Assembly: GCA_900550195.1 (NCBI GenBank)
Contig: URRB01000010.1
Location: 11,979 to 75,978, forward strand
Length of the DNA: 64,000 nt
From: an uncultured Collinsella sp.
GTDB lineage: Bacteria > Actinomycetota > Coriobacteriia > Coriobacteriales > Coriobacteriaceae
Direction: 5' to 3'
Under the pieces are notes generated by a model. The model was not told the origin of the DNA, searched no databases, and saw only the letters and a program-made list of their open reading frames with translations. A program made the position numbers and the translations under genes. The first letter of the stretch is position 1. Every line of letters starts with the position of its first letter. Below are positions 10,377 to 19,213 of this stretch, piece after piece.

Positions 10377-10600
10377 GAAGGCGCGCCGTCTGCATCAACT
10401 GCAGGCAGCACGCCTTCTTCTGTTTGAAAGGGAAGCTGCGTCCCGGTATTTCAGCTCAGAACGGGACATGGTTTCCCCCCAGACCCCCTTGCGGAAACTG
10501 CGTCCCGTTTCGAACGCCGATTCTGGGATACCGTTTCCGCAACAGGTCTTTCGCAGAAACTACATCCCACTCTGGACGTCCATTACGGGACACAGTTTCC
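10377..10600. repeat. Left copy of direct repeat: terminator-like hairpin plus six 15-bp motifs at 31-bp spacing in alternating orientation
   Basis: Motifs start at 10431, 10462, 10493, 10524, 10555, 10586; consensus GGAAACTGCRTCCCR and its reverse complement; all spacers 16 bp. Confidence 0.9.
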
Positions 10601-10794
10601 CGAAGGGCGGTTGAGCCATGCCATCCTGATCAAAACGCGACCGCATAGCACCCTAAGATAACCAGCTTTCATGCTGGAGCAAACGCATCAGGCGGCGCGA
10701 CCGCTCGCCGACATGCAATTTGTTGCACAGTAAAATCGGCTAGTGGCACCCTTATCCTTAATTTAGCGAATAAGGTCAAGGAAGGGAGAATGTC

Positions 10795-11727
10795 ATGCCA
10801 AGACGGCAAACACCGCTCGAGGTCATGTTCTCCCTGTTCAAGACTTCGTTTACCCTGAGCCATCGCGCACTTGCTGAACTGTTACTATCCGATCTGCCGT
10901 TAACAAATGGACAGCCTACCGCCCAAATGGCACAGGACACCAGCTGGCTTTCGCGCACGATTGTGCACTCGCAGCCGGGCTCCCTAGAAGATCGCTACTT
11001 TGCCGACTGGTCCTGCGCATCGAATCAAATCCTGCACAAGCTACAGGAAAAAGGGTATTCGAACGCCGACATCTATACCATGATTGCGGCAGCGACTGAC
11101 GCGATGGCTCAAGCGCTCAGTACCTGTGGGCGTAATGGGCTCCTTTACCGGAACGCCGTCTCGCGCCTCGTCAGCTACCAGCCAGACAAAGATTACAGGG
11201 CTCTTATCTCAATCGCGCTCGTTGTTTCGACCGCCTGTTGGTGCGATCCGGCCCGCGCTATCGCGTACATCCGGAACCGCTTTGAATTAGCAGAGAACGT
11301 CAGGTCGTTTACCCCCTCAAGCATTTCTTTCTGTCCATGCGATTTAAAACAAACAGGCACCGAACATGCGATCGGCCTTATCAGGATCGACAACGAACTC
11401 GTCGTCGGCGGCCCTTATGTCATTGAGCCTTCTGTCATGGGCTCCATCATCGGAGCGCTCGCACTCGAAGACAGCGCTGTCACCGTTGTTGGGCTGGATG
11501 TCTCCGCCAGGCATCTCCGTATCTTCGCCGAGAACAATGCTTGGTACGCACAAGATCTCGGTTCGACCAACGGCACGTATCTGATTCGAGCAGCCGATAA
11601 CAGCGAACTTGACATCAGCTCCGGCGCACCCGCCCAGCTGTACCCCGGCGACATCCTGCGCCTGGGTCTCAGCACTACTTTTGCCGTCGTAGCAACGACG
11701 GCCATCCTAGCAAATCCGCATTACTAA
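10795..11727 (+). CDS. FHA domain protein (C-terminal FHA, uncharacterised N-terminal domain)
   Basis: DVSARH...W.AQDLGSTNGT...L.PGD.LRLG; the conserved GR appears as GA. Confidence 0.85.
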   Translation: MPRRQTPLEVMFSLFKTSFTLSHRALAELLLSDLPLTNGQPTAQMAQDTSWLSRTIVHSQPGSLEDRYFADWSCASNQILHKLQEKGYSNADIYTMIAAATDAMAQALSTCGRNGLLYRNAVSRLVSYQPDKDYRALISIALVVSTACWCDPARAIAYIRNRFELAENVRSFTPSSISFCPCDLKQTGTEHAIGLIRIDNELVVGGPYVIEPSVMGSIIGALALEDSAVTVVGLDVSARHLRIFAENNAWYAQDLGSTNGTYLIRAADNSELDISSGAPAQLYPGDILRLGLSTTFAVVATTAILANPHY

Positions 11728-11746
11728 CCATGGAAGTAGGAGGACT

Positions 11747-12853
11747 ATGAGCATCACGGATGTCATCACATATGAGGGCAATAACCAAACTTTTATCTGG
11801 AAACACCCCTCAGAAGATTTCAATACAGGTTCGCAACTCATTGTCCACGAGACCCAAGAAGCAATTTTCTTCCTTAATGGACAGGCCCTGGATTCGTTTG
11901 GACCGGGCAGGCATGAACTTGAGACTCAAAATCTACCGCTACTGAACGGCATTTCGAAGATAACAACCGGTGGCGTCAGCCCCTTTCACTCAGAGATCTA
12001 CTTCGTTAACCTCATCGAGCAGATGGGCATCCGCTGGGGAACCAATTCCAAGATTCAGTTCATGGAACCGACTTATGGATTTCCGCTTTCGCTCGGGGCA
12101 TCAGGAGAGATGGCTCTTGCTGTAAAAGAGCCCCGCAGGCTTCTTCTCAAACTTGTTGGAACCGAAGCCTTGCTCTCCCAGGACAAGTTGATCAGTTATT
12201 TCAAAGCTTTCCTGCAAACTCGCATAAAAACTCATCTTGCACAAGTAATTACCGAACAAAAACTCTCCATTTTCGAACTTGATACACACCTGGAAGAGTT
12301 ATCTGGCTCGCTTAAGAACAAGCTGCTTCCCGACTTTGCCGCATACGGTCTCTCGTTAACGCAAATGCTGGTCACCGCCATCGTCAAGCCCGAAGGCGAC
12401 CCGATATACGAGAAGTTTAAGGATCTCCATTTCAAGCAATATGCCGACGTACGCGAGGCGCAGATAAAGCAGCAAGTCAGCGTTATCGAACAAGAAACCG
12501 CGGCGCAGCGAACCGTAATCTCCGCAAAAGCACGCGCAGAGAAACGGCAAATCGAAGGCTATACCTATCAACAGGAACGCAGCTTCGATGTTGCCGAAAA
12601 GATGGCCCAAAACGAAGCGGTTGGCGAATATGCAAACATGGGAATCGGCCTAGGCGTAATGGCCGGTGTTGGTGGGACCATGGGGTCAGTTATGACCGAT
12701 GCACTCTCACAAGCGACCAGCACGTCCGCGACGCAGCCCATCCCAACGGATACCAATTCGCCGCAAAGTGCTGCAAAGTTCTGTTCCGAGTGTGGATATC
12801 GCTTCTCTGGAACCGAGAAGTTCTGTCCCGAGTGCGGAGCACGGAGGTCATAA
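11747..12853 (+). CDS. SPFH/Band-7 family (YdjI-like) protein with C-terminal zinc ribbon
   Basis: GSQLIVHETQEAIF, GPGRH.L.TQNLP, SPF.SEIYFVN, WGT; C-terminal KFCSECG...KFCPECG. Confidence 0.85.
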   Translation: MSITDVITYEGNNQTFIWKHPSEDFNTGSQLIVHETQEAIFFLNGQALDSFGPGRHELETQNLPLLNGISKITTGGVSPFHSEIYFVNLIEQMGIRWGTNSKIQFMEPTYGFPLSLGASGEMALAVKEPRRLLLKLVGTEALLSQDKLISYFKAFLQTRIKTHLAQVITEQKLSIFELDTHLEELSGSLKNKLLPDFAAYGLSLTQMLVTAIVKPEGDPIYEKFKDLHFKQYADVREAQIKQQVSVIEQETAAQRTVISAKARAEKRQIEGYTYQQERSFDVAEKMAQNEAVGEYANMGIGLGVMAGVGGTMGSVMTDALSQATSTSATQPIPTDTNSPQSAAKFCSECGYRFSGTEKFCPECGARRS

Positions 12854-13518
12854 TGAAGAACACGCAGGCATATGTTGCAGCAACCCCCGTAGCCCTCTTC
12901 ATAGTTATCGAAAGCGTGGCCGTACTTTTATTTGGACCCTCAACTACCTTTTGGATTGAGAGCGCATTCTCTTTGGTTGCGCTCTCCTTGTTGGTCGCAG
13001 TCCTCCTTCATGACCCCGTAAAGAAACTAAAGCTGCTTGGTATTTCCAAGACAGTTCTCATGGGGGCTTCATTTGCAATCCAGCTGACCCTAGTTCTTTT
13101 CGGAGCAGCGCTAAAGACCGATGCGTTGTCCGTTCTTTCGGGTTTCAGCATCCTTTTACTTGGCACGTCAGTAATTACGTTGTGTGCAGCAAATGCATCC
13201 GAGAGTCAAACCTCAGATGTCGAGGAACATGTCTCGACACTTACCAATTCAATGAAATCAAACAAAATCAAACTCGAACTGCTCCTAGAAGAAGCACCTA
13301 GCGATCTGAAACCGGCAATCGCAGACGTTCTGGAAACTATGCGCTACGCAAACCCCGTTTTAGATAAAACTGGAAACCGGCCCCTTTCAAATTTGATACC
13401 TATCGCTATCGAAAATCTCGACAAAGCGGTAAAAGCAAATTCGCTCCCCGACGCCCAAGATACTTGTAAGCAACTAAAAGCAAATATCCGTCAGCAGGAA
13501 ATCATAAATAAGCGCTAA
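12853..13518 (+). CDS. Membrane protein with about 4 N-terminal TM helices and a soluble helical C-terminus
   Basis: Hydrophobic N-terminal half; TAATG overlap with the SPFH stop; RBS GGAGG. Confidence 0.75.
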   Translation: MKNTQAYVAATPVALFIVIESVAVLLFGPSTTFWIESAFSLVALSLLVAVLLHDPVKKLKLLGISKTVLMGASFAIQLTLVLFGAALKTDALSVLSGFSILLLGTSVITLCAANASESQTSDVEEHVSTLTNSMKSNKIKLELLLEEAPSDLKPAIADVLETMRYANPVLDKTGNRPLSNLIPIAIENLDKAVKANSLPDAQDTCKQLKANIRQQEIINKR

Positions 13519-13530
13519 AGGAAGCCGGGT

Positions 13531-14139
13531 ATGGGAACCAATAAATCACACGTCAATGAAAACTATCAACACTCCTGCAACAGCACTAAATTCAAACTCG
13601 AGGGTTATCGAGCCCCTCTATCAGATTGCTTTACGCCAGACGAGCTATCAGAGCTATTTCGGTTCTACGTTTTGCAAGCACCCATCGCAAAAGATAAGAC
13701 CGCTTTGTCGACGCAGCGAACGTTGACGTCTTTAGGTTGGAACGGACCCTCCATCAAGATACTAGAGAGAAAGCTATTAAAGGAGTCCGGGATAACCTCT
13801 TTCATTTTCATAGGAAGCCAGACCATTGATGGAACTCTGGAGAACATGGCCCTAGATAAAGAAATATGCGCCGAACACCCAAGAGCGGTCCTACACAAGG
13901 ATGTCAAACTAACGCTCCGAGAGGACAACTCCATCGAGCGCCGCAGCGGTGATGAAAACAGAATGCAGTGCCTATTTCGCCATCTTCGAAATGGGATTGC
14001 ACACGGACAGACATATCTGTTTCCAACCGGTTTGGTGCTAATCGAAGATCGCGACGGCAAAAGAATTACTGCCCGGATTCTCATTCGCAAAGAAACGCTT
14101 CTTGCATGGATATATATCGTTGAAAAGAAAGAGGTCTAG
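13531..14139 (+). CDS. Putative HEPN-family RNase
   Basis: LFRHLRNGIAHG fits the Rx4H HEPN catalytic motif (13987-14004), followed by a beta-rich IED segment. Confidence 0.65.
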   Translation: MGTNKSHVNENYQHSCNSTKFKLEGYRAPLSDCFTPDELSELFRFYVLQAPIAKDKTALSTQRTLTSLGWNGPSIKILERKLLKESGITSFIFIGSQTIDGTLENMALDKEICAEHPRAVLHKDVKLTLREDNSIERRSGDENRMQCLFRHLRNGIAHGQTYLFPTGLVLIEDRDGKRITARILIRKETLLAWIYIVEKKEV

Positions 14140-14143
14140 CTTC

Positions 14144-15616
14144 ATGAAAGCCCTGAAATGTGAACTTTGCGGCGGTACCGAAATCGTCAAAGATGGGGAT
14201 TTCTTCGTCTGTCAAAACTGCGGTATGAAATATACGCTCGAGTCCGCAAAGAAAATGATGGTTGAAGGCGTTGTTCAAATCGAAGGCACGGTGAAAACAG
14301 ACAAGACGGCCGATGCAGAAAGGCTGCTCACGTTGGCCAAAACTGCATGCAAAACCAGAAACTTCTGCGAAGCCGAACGATATGCGAACAAGGTGTTAGA
14401 GATTGATTTGGACAACATTGATGCTTGGGCAATTAAGTCAATAGCAATCGACTGGCAACTGACAATTAAAAACAATCGCCTTCGCGAATCTTCGGACTGT
14501 TTTCTCAAAACCTTTCAACTGCTTCCAAATGAAGTAAAAACCTGTGAAGGCCTAATTCATGCGTGGAGCGTCATCAAAAGTCTAAAACTGCACCTCGATG
14601 ATATTATCGAAGCAGTTAGCTCCTTGTATGCCAAGCCAATAATCAACACACCATCAGATGATAATCTCGCGTTGATTGCAGGCACGCTGGCATCCCATCT
14701 CGAAATAAGAAAAAGCCAATGGGAAGCAATCGGCAAACTTTCCTTTACTTTTTGCAAAGCAAAGAAAGAAATGCTCAAGTCTCCGGATATTTCCGACAGC
14801 CAACGCCACGCTTTAAATGATACAGACATGGAGAAGTACCTCTTTACTGAAGAGATACCACGAATGTATTTTACGGCAGCAAACATCATCGACAGCTCTG
14901 TAGTAGACGGTGTAACCAAATGGCGAGACAAGTGGGAAAACAACAACATTTTTGATTACTTTCTTGACGGCAGCGGCGTCGACCGGTCCGCAGAAGAGGA
15001 CGCTTTCGACATGTGCACGCTCGTATACAATCGATATGAATTAGCGTTGAGAACCGCGATTAAATTCTTAGAGACAGAGACTGAGGGCCATTCGATTACA
15101 GGTCTTATCTTGGCACCCGAGTTATTGTTCAATGTGTGGTCAAACTTATGTGTAATTGAAGAGTTGAACATAGGACATAAAACCTATACGAGAGCCCACG
15201 GCGCATATGTGTCAAATAGCGTGAAGGAAGGCTTTTCACTAAATGCCGAGGCGATCACGTTACGAAAGGAACGCCTCAAAGAGGACATGGCAAAGCGTGA
15301 CGAATACGACTCCGAGAAGAAGAAGGAACGTGAGCGCGCTGAAAAAGAAGCAGGGCTCCAAGCCAAATACTGGTTAGATAATCCTGTTAAAAAGACGCAA
15401 AAACAAGCGCTCGAAGATGAATTTGACCGGCTGGGGAACGAACTTCGAGAGCTTAAGAGCAGACGTTCCTTTTTCAGCCCGTTCGAATTCAAGGCAAAAC
15501 GAGAATGTGATGCAAAAATCGAACAGGCTCGCGAGCGCAGGCGGGAAATCAAGAACTCTCTGAAGGCCTTAGACGATGAACTCCTGGCGTATGTGACAAA
15601 CGAAATTGAATCATAG
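14144..15616 (+). CDS. Zinc-ribbon + TPR + coiled-coil protein
   Basis: N-terminal CELCG...CQNCG; TPR-like EAERYANKVLEIDLDNIDAW; charged coiled-coil C-terminus; RBS GAGG. Confidence 0.75.
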   Translation: MKALKCELCGGTEIVKDGDFFVCQNCGMKYTLESAKKMMVEGVVQIEGTVKTDKTADAERLLTLAKTACKTRNFCEAERYANKVLEIDLDNIDAWAIKSIAIDWQLTIKNNRLRESSDCFLKTFQLLPNEVKTCEGLIHAWSVIKSLKLHLDDIIEAVSSLYAKPIINTPSDDNLALIAGTLASHLEIRKSQWEAIGKLSFTFCKAKKEMLKSPDISDSQRHALNDTDMEKYLFTEEIPRMYFTAANIIDSSVVDGVTKWRDKWENNNIFDYFLDGSGVDRSAEEDAFDMCTLVYNRYELALRTAIKFLETETEGHSITGLILAPELLFNVWSNLCVIEELNIGHKTYTRAHGAYVSNSVKEGFSLNAEAITLRKERLKEDMAKRDEYDSEKKKERERAEKEAGLQAKYWLDNPVKKTQKQALEDEFDRLGNELRELKSRRSFFSPFEFKAKRECDAKIEQARERRREIKNSLKALDDELLAYVTNEIES

Positions 15617-15743
15617 CTTTCACCGCTTGCCGCAACAGTCCATTGGCAACCTCAAAGGCGCCTCAATGGGATAAGAGCGATTTCACACCATGGAGGAATG
15701 GCGGGCAAACGCTCGGAGTGTTCATTTGTCTGATAACCGATGT

Positions 15744-16985
15744 TCACTCTAGCCCGAGCAGATTAAGTCCCGCCACCGTCATCTTGCACACGAGCGGCCT
15801 TGCGGACACTTTTTCTAAATATCCGGCAGCGATTAGGCTCGACAATGACCTACTCGCTGTCGGCTTTGTCACATCGAGATAGCCCGACACACCATCAAGC
15901 GTAGATTCGCCAAAGGCACCGAAGATATGCATCTGTGCCGCATAAAACAGAATATCTTTTGCCCTTTCGGTAAACGTATCGTCGAGCTCATCGATCGCCC
16001 GCTTGAGATCATCGAGTTGTACGCGCTTTTCGGCCAAATCGCTCAGAACGGCATCTTGCGCTTGCTCGACCAAATCAAGAATCATTGCAACAAACGGAGT
16101 AGCCTCGCTACCGTTAAGGGGCCTCTCCACCACGTCAAACGCCTTGTAATATGCGGTTTTATTCTCAGCAATCGTCCTAGAGAGCGACAACACCGTAGGC
16201 TGCGACAACGTCTCGTTCAGGCTCAACGCGAGAAGGTACCTCCCCGTTCTCCCGTTACCGTCATAGAAGGGGTGAATATACTCAAAGAGAAAATGGCAGA
16301 TTGAGGCTGCATAGAGGCTTGGGACATCTTCGCGCTTGCCCAACTCTATCATCTTGCCAAGGAGGTCAATGATTTCGGGCTCCGAGGAAACACCCTGATG
16401 GAGAATCTTGCCCCGACTGTTCTCAATCACAACGGGACCCAAACGGAACATCTTGCCATCCGGACGGTCCTTCGGGTCAAGCACGCCCTTAGTGACGGCA
16501 TCGAAAATCTCGCGGATATCCTCGGGTTTGCCGGGACGACTTGAACCATCCACCAGCTGAAGGTAGAGGCGAGCGAATTCAATAAAAGGAGTGTGCTCCT
16601 TTTCGGCGGCACCGCAAAGTTCGGCCGCAGCATCCTCCGCAGACTCCAGCGCCGCTTCAATCTGGCGCCGCGTGCTGTGCACACCCTCCATCTCGTTGCT
16701 GAAAACAACCTCCTCAAGCACCAGCGAACGAATCGAGGCCCCCAAAGCCACATAAGGCAAGCTGTTCCACAGGTTGGAAATCTTTCGCTCTTTTCTGAGG
16801 ATCCGCTCGCTAGCAACGGACAGGTTCAAAGGAACACAAGCGAACAGTTCACCATGCTCAAGGTGAATTCCAGTCCGCACCGTGCCGTCGGCAGTAAGGC
16901 GCTCGCGCAGCAGCTCGTCATGGCAAGCATAACGATCGGAGCTTGGATCTGCATAAAAGAGTTTTTCGAGCGTCTTGTACGCCAT
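15744..16985 (-). CDS. Fic family protein (class II) with C-terminal HTH
   Basis: Canonical HPFYDGNGRTGR; internal inhibitory motif SNEMEG; wHTH-like C-terminus. Confidence 0.9.
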   Translation of the reverse strand: MAYKTLEKLFYADPSSDRYACHDELLRERLTADGTVRTGIHLEHGELFACVPLNLSVASERILRKERKISNLWNSLPYVALGASIRSLVLEEVVFSNEMEGVHSTRRQIEAALESAEDAAAELCGAAEKEHTPFIEFARLYLQLVDGSSRPGKPEDIREIFDAVTKGVLDPKDRPDGKMFRLGPVVIENSRGKILHQGVSSEPEIIDLLGKMIELGKREDVPSLYAASICHFLFEYIHPFYDGNGRTGRYLLALSLNETLSQPTVLSLSRTIAENKTAYYKAFDVVERPLNGSEATPFVAMILDLVEQAQDAVLSDLAEKRVQLDDLKRAIDELDDTFTERAKDILFYAAQMHIFGAFGESTLDGVSGYLDVTKPTASRSLSSLIAAGYLEKVSARPLVCKMTVAGLNLLGLE

Positions 16986-17167
16986 CGCTTCATCGCTCCT
17001 TTGAAATCAAATAGCTAAATCGTCTTTCATTATTTCGAATATATCCGATATTTGCAATTAAGACTCAAGAAATGCATTGTCTAATTTCAGAATTTGAAGT
17101 ATTGGCAATTAATGTTTCCTAATCTACATAGCGAGCTAATTTCAAGCCTCAGCAGAGCTTTATGCAA

Positions 17168-17451
17168 GAGGCGCTGCCTGCATCAACCGCAGGCAGCGCG
17201 CTTTCTCTTGTTATGAAAGGGAAACTATGTCCCAGTATTTCGGATCAGAACGGGGCACGGTTTTCCCCAGGACCTCCTTGCGGAAACTGCGTCCCGTTTT
17301 GAACGCCGATTCTGGGATACCGTTTCCGCAACGGGTCTCTCGCGGAAACTGCATCCCACTCTGAGCGCCCATTCCGGGACACAGTTTCCCAACGGCCCCC
17401 GTTTCGGAAACCACATCCCGTTCCGAGCCTTCAAAGCGGGACGCGGCTTCC
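17168..17451. repeat. Right copy of direct repeat: hairpin plus eight 15-bp motifs at 31-bp spacing in alternating orientation
   Basis: Motifs start at 17220, 17251, 17282, 17313, 17344, 17375, 17406, 17437; spacers are homologous to those of the left copy. Confidence 0.9.
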
Positions 17452-17466
17452 CCGAGAGAGTATCGA

Positions 17467-19029
17467 CTACTTGCCGTCGTCGTCCTCGGCTTCTTCTCTT
17501 GCATAGAGCTCCAACATGCGGCGGCGGTATTCGCGCACGGCGAGCTTGGCGCGCTCCAGGCGGCGACGCTCGCGCGGGGTCAGCTCGGACGGGTCGACCT
17601 CATCACCATAGGTCTTATCGGCAAGAAGATGCGCCGCGTCCACGATGCGGGCATCGATGTGGCCGCTCGCCGCCTCGGCGGAAAGACGCTCGGCAATCGT
17701 ATCGAGCGTAGGCAAGCCCTCGAATACGCGACCATGGCCATGCGAAGTCAGCAGCTCGTGCTCACGTGCGAGCAGGCTCGCCAAATCGTGATGGGCGCGC
17801 AGGATGTCGAGCGCATCGGATGGATGCTCGGCAACTTCTGCCACGGCGGCGACCGGCGCGGCGTCGACCACGCGGTAGAAGAGCTGCGCGAGCAACGGCA
17901 TCAAGAACACCGTGATGGCACCGGCAGCAACCATGACCGACGCAATATCTTGCGACAGCGCGCCCGCGTTGACGGCAACGCTTGTCACGGCAACGATGAT
18001 CGGCAGGGCCGTGGTGCAGTACAGGGCCACGGTAATGCGACCATACGCCGACACATCACGCGTCGCAGGACAAATGCTCATAGAAATAAGAATGGGCACG
18101 GCACGAATAATCAGCAACGCCACGATAAAGCCCACGAGCAGACCCGGGCGCGACGCCACGGCCGTCAGATCGATCTTTGCGCCCGATACGGTAAAGAACA
18201 CCGGAATCAAAAAACCGTAGGCCAGGCCGTCGAGCTTGGTCTCGAGCGTATGGTTGCCCTCGGGGATGATGTAGCGCAAGACAAAGCCAGCGGCAAAAGA
18301 ACCCAACACGATGTCGAGATCAAAGACGGCCGAGAACGCCACGAGCGTGACCAGGATGAGCACCGTCAGGCGCACGAAGGTCTGCGACGTGGTATCGGCG
18401 CGTTCCTCGACAAACGCAAAGAAGCGGCTGCCGACGCGCTTGGAGCGGCTCGGGACCACGGCCAGCAACACGCAGACCACCGCAAACAAGCCAAGGATTA
18501 CAAGCGTTTGGATGCCGGTGCGGGCAGACAGCAGCACCGACATGGCAAGCACAGGGCCGAGCTCACCCCAGGTGCCATACGCGAGAATCGAGTCGCCCAC
18601 GCGCGTGCCGGTGAGCGAGCGCTCACGCATGATGGGCACGAGCGTACCGAGCGCCGTCGAAGTGAGGGCAAGCGTCACGGCGATACCGTCGAAATGACTT
18701 ACCGAGAACCACGGGGTAAAGCGCACGGCAAGCCAGGCGATACCAAACGTGACGGCCCACGTCGCCAAGCCGTAGCGCCCCTCGACGCCCGTGATGCTCT
18801 TGGGGTCGATCTCAAAGCCGGCAAGCAGGAACAAAAAGGCCAGGCCCAGCTCGGACACAAGCGAGACCTCAGCATCTACATGGATGACGCCGAGCATATG
18901 GGGTCCCAGCACCGCGCCGAGCACGAGCAAAAAGACCGTCTCGGGAACAGGTTTTCCGGGAATCGCCGAGGCGATGAAGGGACTCGCAAAGGCCACGAGT
19001 GCGATGATGGCGAGCGAAACGAATGCCAT
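17467..19029 (-). CDS. Cation:proton antiporter (CPA2 family)
   Basis: GAVLGP, ELGLAFLFLLAGFEID, STALG, FLIPVFF motifs; many TM helices. Confidence 0.85.
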   Translation of the reverse strand: MAFVSLAIIALVAFASPFIASAIPGKPVPETVFLLVLGAVLGPHMLGVIHVDAEVSLVSELGLAFLFLLAGFEIDPKSITGVEGRYGLATWAVTFGIAWLAVRFTPWFSVSHFDGIAVTLALTSTALGTLVPIMRERSLTGTRVGDSILAYGTWGELGPVLAMSVLLSARTGIQTLVILGLFAVVCVLLAVVPSRSKRVGSRFFAFVEERADTTSQTFVRLTVLILVTLVAFSAVFDLDIVLGSFAAGFVLRYIIPEGNHTLETKLDGLAYGFLIPVFFTVSGAKIDLTAVASRPGLLVGFIVALLIIRAVPILISMSICPATRDVSAYGRITVALYCTTALPIIVAVTSVAVNAGALSQDIASVMVAAGAITVFLMPLLAQLFYRVVDAAPVAAVAEVAEHPSDALDILRAHHDLASLLAREHELLTSHGHGRVFEGLPTLDTIAERLSAEAASGHIDARIVDAAHLLADKTYGDEVDPSELTPRERRRLERAKLAVREYRRRMLELYAREEAEDDDGK

Positions 19030-19213
19030 GTGATGCCTTTCTCTTGTTTGCGCTTCACTGTAGCACCCTCGCCGTCCTCAACGCGCCGCGAGCTGTCGTA
19101 TCATAGTGAGGTTTACAAACATGTGGCTCAAGGCGACCGCAGGGCAGACCCCGCAAACCGACCGCTGCCGCATACCGTACCGTACGCCCAACCGATCAGG
19201 AAGGCAGGAACCA

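Noticed and set aside
10286..10648. Short ORFs over the repeat arrays (also 17211-17504)
   Set aside because: No RBS, and a 31-bp period is incompatible with a protein repeat; non-coding explanation preferred
10431..17451. Calling the 15-bp/16-bp arrays CRISPR
   Set aside because: Repeats alternate in orientation and are degenerate, spacers are only 16 bp and shared between the two copies, and no cas genes are present
19120..19210. Possible purine, ZTP or PRPP riboswitch before purL
   Set aside because: A stem ATGTGGC/GCCGCAT and CCGACCGC are present, but the conserved cores of these riboswitches are not; an Infernal/Rfam search would be needed
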